Of a stretch of DNA of 64,000 nucleotides, positions 57,426-64,000 are shown piece after piece. The position numbers and the translations under genes were made by a program. The stretch is from Bacillota bacterium. GTDB lineage: Bacteria > Bacillota > JAAYKD01. The stretch is from the NCBI GenBank assembly GCA_036744005.1, contig DAINOJ010000011.1, positions 4,282 through 68,281 on the forward strand, read 5' to 3'. Each line of letters begins with the position of its first letter. Position 1 is the stretch's first letter. The notes below the pieces were generated by a model. The model did no database searches and was not told the DNA's origin. It saw only the letters and a list, made by a program, of their open reading frames with translations.

Positions 57426-59012
57426 CTACTTAAGCCTCTTTGTTGCTTCGTCAGCAGCTAATTTTCCGGTTAAAATACTAATTGGCAACCCAGATGGACT
57501 AAAGGTCCATTGCCCTGCTTGTAAGATATTGGGAATAGGAGTTTGGCATGCATACTTAATCTGCATCATGCTATGGACTGCTGGTATGGGTTGGTTGGTA
57601 TAAGCCCACCCAGTAATACCTCCCTCATGATTACCGCTCATGCGTTCAATGGTGAGTGGGGTTGAGCTAAAGCGATGAAGAACCTTTTGGTTTAGCCCTT
57701 TGAACAAGCTCTCACTGAGAACTTCTAAAATCGTCTGTTCTGAAAATTCTTTGAATTCTTCATAGAATCCTAGTGCTTTTATGTTCGCAATAAAGTCATA
57801 GTCCATAAGAACACTGATGACCAATCCGGTTTTTCCTTTAGGGGCAAGCGCTTCGTTGCGCAACGAGGGAATGGCAATTTCATAGGTCGTGTATTGTAAG
57901 TATTCCTTCATCCATGCAAAAATGAGGTTTTTATCTTGACTATGCTTCACCTCCGCCAAGCGGTTGAAAGCACCAGATTGTCCGGTTTTTTTCGGAGTGT
58001 AGAAAGAATGCCCACTCACTTTTTGTGAAAAGAAGTCCTTATCTAGATCGACTGCTAGGAAGAAGGAATAAATCGAATCTCCACCCTTCTTTCCTAGTAA
58101 AAATGATCGTTGATTCACAATGCTGTTCTGCGTCTGGGGTTCTTGAATTTCTTGAAGATTTAGGTTTCGGTATAATTGATTCGTGTCCGCAGCCCAAATT
58201 AACTGCCCATATTCATAGGTGTTATGCTGTTGATCTACGATGGTTCGCTGTGTAGGATTCACCTGTTTGATCTCTGTATCGGTTACAATTTCTCCACCTT
58301 TCTCTACAATGAAATCTCTCATCTGGTAGATTAATTCCGAGGTTCCTTTTACCGGGTACTCGTAATCTAAGTACAGGCTGAAATAACTCAACGCAAACGA
58401 AGCTGGGGTTTGTTGAAAAAAATGCTGACAAATGATATCGTTTAAAGAAGTGTTCTTGGTGAGTTGACTCAAAAATTCGTAAACCGGAACATGGAAGCGA
58501 TTGATTTTCCCTACTTTCGAACCAAAGCGGATCAGCCAAGGTAATAGTGTTTTCCACAAATACTGAGGATCTTTGGCGAGCTCTTTAAACAAAGGGTTTT
58601 CAATCCCATACAGAATATCCATGTAATCCATGACCTTACGGATTTCCGCTAGGATTTTTTCAATATCCTGTTTGCTCTCCGGATATAGATGTTCCAACAT
58701 GGTTTGATAGTGTTCTAAGCTACTAAGGTCTTCCACTCTGACGAATTCATCCTCAATGCCAATGGTGACGATGCTTCGAACAAACTCCACCGAGATTCCT
58801 AATTGTTTCAGCATGGGTTTCACAATACCAGAATCTACAATTCCACGAACACCGGCATCAAACAAAAAACCGTCATAGTAGAAAGAGCTCACCAACCCAC
58901 CTACTTGCTTTTGTTTTTCACATATGAGTGTTCTATAGCCCTTTTTAGCCAAAAAAGCTGCACTGGTTAAACCCGCAATTCCCCCGCCAACGATGATTGC
59001 ATCGTACTTCAT
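57426..59012 (-). CDS. FAD-dependent oxidoreductase, phytoene-desaturase-like (CrtI/COG1233 family)
   Basis: GGGIAGL...E dinucleotide-binding motif at the N-terminus. 528 aa. Confidence 0.8.
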   Translation of the reverse strand: MKYDAIIVGGGIAGLTSAAFLAKKGYRTLICEKQKQVGGLVSSFYYDGFLFDAGVRGIVDSGIVKPMLKQLGISVEFVRSIVTIGIEDEFVRVEDLSSLEHYQTMLEHLYPESKQDIEKILAEIRKVMDYMDILYGIENPLFKELAKDPQYLWKTLLPWLIRFGSKVGKINRFHVPVYEFLSQLTKNTSLNDIICQHFFQQTPASFALSYFSLYLDYEYPVKGTSELIYQMRDFIVEKGGEIVTDTEIKQVNPTQRTIVDQQHNTYEYGQLIWAADTNQLYRNLNLQEIQEPQTQNSIVNQRSFLLGKKGGDSIYSFFLAVDLDKDFFSQKVSGHSFYTPKKTGQSGAFNRLAEVKHSQDKNLIFAWMKEYLQYTTYEIAIPSLRNEALAPKGKTGLVISVLMDYDFIANIKALGFYEEFKEFSEQTILEVLSESLFKGLNQKVLHRFSSTPLTIERMSGNHEGGITGWAYTNQPIPAVHSMMQIKYACQTPIPNILQAGQWTFSPSGLPISILTGKLAADEATKRLK

Positions 59013-59016
59013 AAAC

Positions 59017-59961
59017 CTACATCCTTTTCGAACGTTCTATGATTTCTTGACTTAAGTCCCAAATTTTACGTTCCAAATCTTTGTCCAAAGCATGTCTTGC
59101 CGGTACTTCGTCTATGGTTAAGTTGAAAAACTTGCCACTCACCTGTTCTACTTCTTTGGACGATGCCAAATAATACAAGGCATCGCCGGAGATCTTTGGC
59201 TCTTTTAGAAAGTGCCAGGTCACATGATGCAAAAACCAGCGATATAACCAACCATTGTTATTTCCTATATTTGTGCGTACGCCACCAGGATGCATGGCAT
59301 TGATGGTCACTCCGGTTCCTTTTAGTTGCTTTGCCAAACGCCACACCGTCAATAATTGAGCGGTTTTAGACGCTCCATAGCTGCGCAATCCGGAATACCA
59401 TCGTTTTGACCAATCTAAATCATCGATGCGCAACCCGCCAAATCGATGCCCTTCGGAGTTGACTTGAATGATACGTGCTGGAGCAGAAGCTTTTAATGTA
59501 TCAAGTAAAATCTGAGTCAACAACAATGGAGCGAGATGATTCACACAAAAGACCAGCTCTATGCCAGCGGTGTTCAATATCCGACGAGTAGAATGGATAC
59601 CGGCGCAGTTTATCAAAACATCGATGCGTTTATACCGAGCAGCGATTTGATGAGCAACCTGCTCCACTTGTCTTAAATCCGAAAAGTCCGCTAGAAAAAA
59701 GTCCACGTTCACTCCAAATTTTCGTTCCAACTCGCCTTTGACGTGGGTTGCTTTCTCTTCGTTTCTGGCAATCAATACAAGATTCGCTCCCCCTGCTGCT
59801 AGGGCTTTAACGGCTTCATATCCCACCCCAGAAGTCGCGCCACTGACAACACAAAGCTTTCCAGACATCGATTCCGTGCTTCGTTTTTGCTGGGCATGAT
59901 CATTGACAATGAACATGAGTTCTTCGGGAACGCGTATTTTCATGTGGTTCTCCTTATCCAA
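59017..59961 (-). CDS. SDR-family oxidoreductase
   Basis: VSGATSGVG cofactor motif and SDR catalytic region. Confidence 0.8.
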   Translation of the reverse strand: MDKENHMKIRVPEELMFIVNDHAQQKRSTESMSGKLCVVSGATSGVGYEAVKALAAGGANLVLIARNEEKATHVKGELERKFGVNVDFFLADFSDLRQVEQVAHQIAARYKRIDVLINCAGIHSTRRILNTAGIELVFCVNHLAPLLLTQILLDTLKASAPARIIQVNSEGHRFGGLRIDDLDWSKRWYSGLRSYGASKTAQLLTVWRLAKQLKGTGVTINAMHPGGVRTNIGNNNGWLYRWFLHHVTWHFLKEPKISGDALYYLASSKEVEQVSGKFFNLTIDEVPARHALDKDLERKIWDLSQEIIERSKRM

Positions 59962-60415
59962 AAAACGTTTTCATAAACCAGCGGTAAGGACCTTTGAGAA
60001 GAGGAATCTCATCGTAAATGTCCCCCCAAAGATCATAATAATCTCTTTGTTCGATAATGAGACCTTCGGAATTAAACGTTAATCTGGTAGCACCAAAGAT
60101 GGGCTTGGCAGGGAAAAAGCGAAAGGACATCGTCATTTTCCATTCCATCATGATAATATTCTCGGTTTTCACCATATGGTAAATATCCATTCTTAAACTC
60201 TTGCAACAGGAGGATAAGCGATTGCACATTGCTTCAAAGGCAACTTTACCAACCACTCGTTGAATGGAGTCCTTAAAAACAATGTTTTTATGGTAATACG
60301 GGAAAATATGGGACCAGTCCGGTTTACCTGCCTCATTATATGTTTTAGACCACTGCTCCCTGATTTCTGCTATGGATATCCCAGAGACTTGCATCGATTC
60401 TGCCATATACTTCAC
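59954..60415 (-). CDS. NTF2-like/SnoaL-like small protein
   Basis: 153 aa. Call is weak and fold-level only. 8-nt overlap with the SDR gene. Confidence 0.4.
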   Translation of the reverse strand: MKYMAESMQVSGISIAEIREQWSKTYNEAGKPDWSHIFPYYHKNIVFKDSIQRVVGKVAFEAMCNRLSSCCKSLRMDIYHMVKTENIIMMEWKMTMSFRFFPAKPIFGATRLTFNSEGLIIEQRDYYDLWGDIYDEIPLLKGPYRWFMKTFFG

Positions 60416-60436
60416 CCCACATAAAATAGTTGCAAA

Positions 60437-61150
60437 TTATCGCTCTTTCTTAGTATCCAAAATGCTTTTCACTTCTTTGGGTGTGAGGTCTCTCCACATG
60501 CCTATGGGTAAATCCTTTAATTCAATGTTCATGATTCGAGTTCGTTTCAACTTGACGACCTCATAACCAAAAACATCACACATCCTTCTAATTTGGCGAT
60601 TCAGACCTTGTGTTAAGACGATTTTGAAAATCATGGAGTTCAACTTCGAGATTTCACAGGGTAAAGTCACTGTATATTCTTTTTTGACCGGGTTATAGAT
60701 TCTCACTCCACTGGACATCGCTTCCAAAAAAGAAGGAGTAATCGCTTTGTCTACTGATACAATGTACTCCTTCTCGTATTGGTTTTTGTCGGTTAGGATT
60801 TCATTCACAATACTACCGTCACTGGTCAGCAAGATGAGACCTTCTGATTCTTTATCTAATCGGCCAATGGGGAAAATTCTTTTTGGATGGTTAATGAAAT
60901 CGATAATATTCCCTTTGATGTGTTGTTCCGTCGTACAAGTAATGCCAGGCGGTTTATTTAAGGCAATGTAAACATGCTTCTTTTCCGGTTTCAGTAGTTT
61001 CCCGTTTACCTCCACTCGATCGTCGGGGTTCACTTCTATGCCTATGGTTGCAAGTGTACCATTGATTTTCACCTTACCCTGCACGATCCACTCATCCGCT
61101 TGCCTTCTGGAACAAAGTCCCGAAGAACTAATATAATTGTTAATTCTCAT
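60437..61150 (-). CDS. RsuA/RluB-family rRNA pseudouridine synthase (S4 domain + catalytic domain)
   Basis: N-terminal S4 domain (RINNYISSSGLCSRRQADEWI). Catalytic Asp in GRLDKESEGL. Confidence 0.8.
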   Translation of the reverse strand: MRINNYISSSGLCSRRQADEWIVQGKVKINGTLATIGIEVNPDDRVEVNGKLLKPEKKHVYIALNKPPGITCTTEQHIKGNIIDFINHPKRIFPIGRLDKESEGLILLTSDGSIVNEILTDKNQYEKEYIVSVDKAITPSFLEAMSSGVRIYNPVKKEYTVTLPCEISKLNSMIFKIVLTQGLNRQIRRMCDVFGYEVVKLKRTRIMNIELKDLPIGMWRDLTPKEVKSILDTKKER

Positions 61151-61162
61151 GAGAACGCCTAC

Positions 61163-61492
61163 CTATTCTTCTCTACTTGAGTCTATGGCCGAGCCAATCG
61201 CATAAACAATTAGTACGAAAGCGAAAACCAATATCATATAGAAAACCCATGTTTTTTTTACGACAACTTGCAAAGAGTTTAGGATAAAAATAATCCCTAT
61301 CCCGAAAAACACCTTAGCAGACTGTTGATAATAGGGACTCTTGTTCATCTTTTTTTGCTCTTCTTTGCTTGCGTATACATAAGCATTGTGAAGTAGATAA
61401 CCCCGCTCTTTGAATTGCCGATAACTAATGAAAAAAGATATCAGGCTACACATTAGCATAATAACTGCTAAAACTTTGTCAAAAACAGGCAT
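61163..61492 (-). CDS. small membrane protein
   Basis: 109 aa with 3 predicted TMs. Confidence 0.4.
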   Translation of the reverse strand: MPVFDKVLAVIMLMCSLISFFISYRQFKERGYLLHNAYVYASKEEQKKMNKSPYYQQSAKVFFGIGIIFILNSLQVVVKKTWVFYMILVFAFVLIVYAIGSAIDSSREE

Positions 61493-61517
61493 TGGGGGTT
61501 TCCTCCTATTTAGCGGA

Positions 61518-62870
61518 TTATTGATGAGCTGTGGACCTGCTATACACTACTCTAAAGAAGAGCAATTCAGCGAGATACCCGATAATGATGCCAATGGCCG
61601 CAGCCGTCGCTCCTAATTGTGGAAAAAGGATGGACATGAGCATAACAGAAGAAATCGTAATCCCTAAATTGATGATTTTACCAACGCTCAGGGCTTTGGT
61701 ATTGTTGATGCGCATTAATAACCCGGTGTAAAACTCCGTCAACGTTAAGATGATGGGCAAGCCAATTAACACAATGAGTACTGGTCGGCTGGCATTGGCA
61801 ATGCTCTCGCTAACACCAATGACATGTAGTAAACCCAGGTTTCCCAGAGGTGTCAACGCTAATATTGCGACGGCTGCAGTAAGAAGAATCCCAATCCCCA
61901 TGTTGAATTTCTTCAAATACTTCATCTTCGCGTCACTGGTCCCAAAAATCAATGGAACTTGCCGCATGTTGTTCTCGATGAAACCCAAGATAATCCAGAC
62001 AAAGTTGCGAGAAACTTGCAGAGTTGCCAGAGAGAGCTCTGGGTTGCTCGTGCGGCTTAAGCCGGAGTTAATCATCGGAAGACCCAGTGTCCAAATGAAT
62101 GAGGTCACCAACAATGGCCAAATAAAGGTAAACGCTTGTTGCGAAGTTAGAACCTTCTTCCCTGTCTCGTAGGAAGGTTCCTCAGGTAAATCATGAATAC
62201 TTCCCCTTGAAAACAAGTAATTAACAACCGCTTCTAAAGCCATACCGGACGTCCATATCATGATACCAATCATGGCACCGGTTAAGCTACTGATTTTAGG
62301 TAAGATGAACGCTAAGCCAATCATGAATATAATCCGGATGATGACGGTATACGTTAGATATTGAGTTTTCTTTACCACAATTAAGACACCTTGTGCATAG
62401 GAACGCAAGGTATAGATGAACGGCAAAGACATGGTCAGAACCGCAGCGGCCTTCACGTCGTTAAGCAAATTGGCCGGGGTGTTAAACAATTGGACAAAAA
62501 CAAATTCCCCAATGGGGGTTAAGGATAAGAGAGCCAGCATAAATAAGGATAAGCCCCCGAGTTTTATCATCATGGCCCTGGAAACCGCCAAGGATTTCTT
62601 ATCGTGTGCAAAGGCAACCAATAACTGCCTGGAGGTAAAACACGGTGAAGCAAACATATTCATAATATTCATGGTTACCGAAAAAGCGGCTAACCCAATT
62701 TCGGCATTGGCTGCCCGAGAAACTCCTAAGTTCATCACACTGTGTGAGGTCATCATAATCATCGAATATAAACCTAAGGGAACATAAAACAGGAGTAGCC
62801 CCTTTAGCATATTGGAGTTCTCTTGTTTCTCTTCTTTTGTTGTTTCCAATTTCATCATCATTCTCCACAT
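61518..62870 (-). CDS. MATE/MOP-superfamily efflux or flippase-type transporter
   Basis: About 12 TMs with a duplicated 6-TM organisation. 450 aa. Confidence 0.65.
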   Translation of the reverse strand: MWRMMMKLETTKEEKQENSNMLKGLLLFYVPLGLYSMIMMTSHSVMNLGVSRAANAEIGLAAFSVTMNIMNMFASPCFTSRQLLVAFAHDKKSLAVSRAMMIKLGGLSLFMLALLSLTPIGEFVFVQLFNTPANLLNDVKAAAVLTMSLPFIYTLRSYAQGVLIVVKKTQYLTYTVIIRIIFMIGLAFILPKISSLTGAMIGIMIWTSGMALEAVVNYLFSRGSIHDLPEEPSYETGKKVLTSQQAFTFIWPLLVTSFIWTLGLPMINSGLSRTSNPELSLATLQVSRNFVWIILGFIENNMRQVPLIFGTSDAKMKYLKKFNMGIGILLTAAVAILALTPLGNLGLLHVIGVSESIANASRPVLIVLIGLPIILTLTEFYTGLLMRINNTKALSVGKIINLGITISSVMLMSILFPQLGATAAAIGIIIGYLAELLFFRVVYSRSTAHQ

Positions 62871-63089
62871 TCTTTACCGTGATTTTTGTATTTCGAGCGC
62901 CTCTTCTCAGTCAAATGGACTAAAAAGCGAGAGTTGATAAACGCCCTATAAAGATTAAAATTCCACTTTTGATACTGAAAATCCTTTGCAATTTATAGAA
63001 CCTGCCTTCATACAAAAACTTGTATTTTTACTCAATCTTATGATATACTTTTTTTGGCAATACACCCCACAACAGTAAGGAGGATCACC

Positions 63090-64000
63090 ATGGACAAGAA
63101 ACGCATGAAAGATGCTGTATGCAAAGTCATTGATCAACACCGAGATGAAATTATTCACATTGGTGAAACCATTCGTGTCGCACCGGAGTTAGGCTACAAA
63201 GAATACAAGACAGCCGCCTTTGTGGAGAGTATTTTTGAGAAAATGGGTCTCGACTATGTGAATAAAGTTGCCCTCACCGGTTCAATTGCAAGGCTCAAAG
63301 GTAAGAACTCCAAAGTAAAAATTGCCGTCATGGGCGAGTTGGATGCGGTTGTTTGCCCCGGCCACCCGCAAGCGGACCCCCTCACAGGAGCTTCACATTC
63401 TTGTGGTCATTTCATGCAAATCGCTTCTATGCTGGGTACTGGTATGGCGCTGAAATACAGCGGTGTCATGGAAGAACTCGAAGGCGAAGTGGTGCTCATG
63501 GCAACACCCGCCGAAGAAGCAGTGGAAATTGAATATCGGAACGATCTCATTGAAAAAGGCATCATTAGTTTTATTGGTGGGAAACAAGAAATGATCAAAC
63601 TGGGATGCTTTGACGACATTGATATGGCAATGATGTGTCATGGGGTGACCAGCAACAAAATCGAAGTAGCAGAAACCAGCACCGGGTTCATTGTGAAGTA
63701 TGTAAAGTACTCCGGAAAAGAAGCCCACGCCGGGGCAGCTCCGCACTTAGGTGTAAATGCTTTAAATGCTGCGACTCTCGGGTTACAGGCGATCGCTTTC
63801 CAAAGAGAAACCTTCCAAGAAAAAGATACGATACGAGTCCATCCGATTATTACGAAGGGTGGAGATTTGGTCAATGTTGTCCCTTCAGATGTTCGCATTG
63901 AAACCTATGTCCGAGGGAAAACCATGGCTGGCGTCACCGATGCTTCCCAAAAAGTCAATCGCGCGTTCCGTGCAGGTGCCTATGCCATGGGAGCCGATAT
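63090..64000 (+). CDS. M20-family amidohydrolase/peptidase (aminoacylase/hippuricase-like), 3'-truncated by window end
   Basis: ATG at 63090 after TAAGGAGGA. The frame stays open to the window end. Metal-site motifs (AVMGELDAV, HSCGH). Not present in the supplied ORF track because no stop lies inside the window. Confidence 0.8.
   Translation, partial: MDKKRMKDAVCKVIDQHRDEIIHIGETIRVAPELGYKEYKTAAFVESIFEKMGLDYVNKVALTGSIARLKGKNSKVKIAVMGELDAVVCPGHPQADPLTGASHSCGHFMQIASMLGTGMALKYSGVMEELEGEVVLMATPAEEAVEIEYRNDLIEKGIISFIGGKQEMIKLGCFDDIDMAMMCHGVTSNKIEVAETSTGFIVKYVKYSGKEAHAGAAPHLGVNALNAATLGLQAIAFQRETFQEKDTIRVHPIITKGGDLVNVVPSDVRIETYVRGKTMAGVTDASQKVNRAFRAGAYAMGAD

Noticed and set aside
63393-63901. Minus-strand 117-aa and plus-strand 88-aa ORFs at the window end
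   Set aside because: A plus-strand frame starting at ATG 63090 (strong ribosome-binding site) stays open to position 64000 and encodes a recognisable M20 amidohydrolase. The listed ORFs are shadow frames.

Overview
This 64-kb window reads as a low-GC Gram-positive (Firmicutes-like) chromosomal segment with about 60 genes and no rRNA, tRNA, CRISPR, transposase or integrase. The inference rests on lipoboxes, AGGAGG-type ribosome-binding sites and sigma-A-like promoters. Coding density is high, and almost every gene between 3.3 kb and 42.9 kb is on the minus strand. Several stretches deserve a second look:
- **1-1874:** an XRE/ImmA-type switch sits directly upstream of an SOS-response-associated peptidase (SRAP, YedK-like).
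- **1938-2046:** a candidate Ni/Co (czcD-motif) riboswitch with an overlapping terminator precedes a CDF metal exporter.
- **7467-10326:** a PplA/FmnB-like extracytoplasmic flavinylation module.
- **16950-20150:** nrdG-nrdD with a textbook NrdR box abutting a consensus promoter, and an NrdD carrying a C-terminal thioredoxin-fold extension.
- **26868-32409:** a five-gene minus-strand operon headed by a CarH-type (W-x9-EH) B12-binding protein, followed by two GGDEF cyclases, a polytopic membrane protein and an RluA pseudouridine synthase.
- **32421-40939:** a long co-directional enzyme cluster (PPK2, pirin, radical SAM, two APH-like kinases, GNATs, DOPA-type dioxygenase).
- **44752-47604:** an operon of two Ddl-like ATP-grasp ligases, a SET-domain methyltransferase and a GNAT, convergent with an ABC-F ATPase.
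- **47718-55717:** a 957-aa SBP-PAS-GGDEF-HD-GYP protein, a class II photolyase, an orphan RsmH paralog, and a P1B-ATPase/CopZ operon with an unusual CPG motif.

All domain calls come from reading the translated ORFs; nothing was searched against a database.
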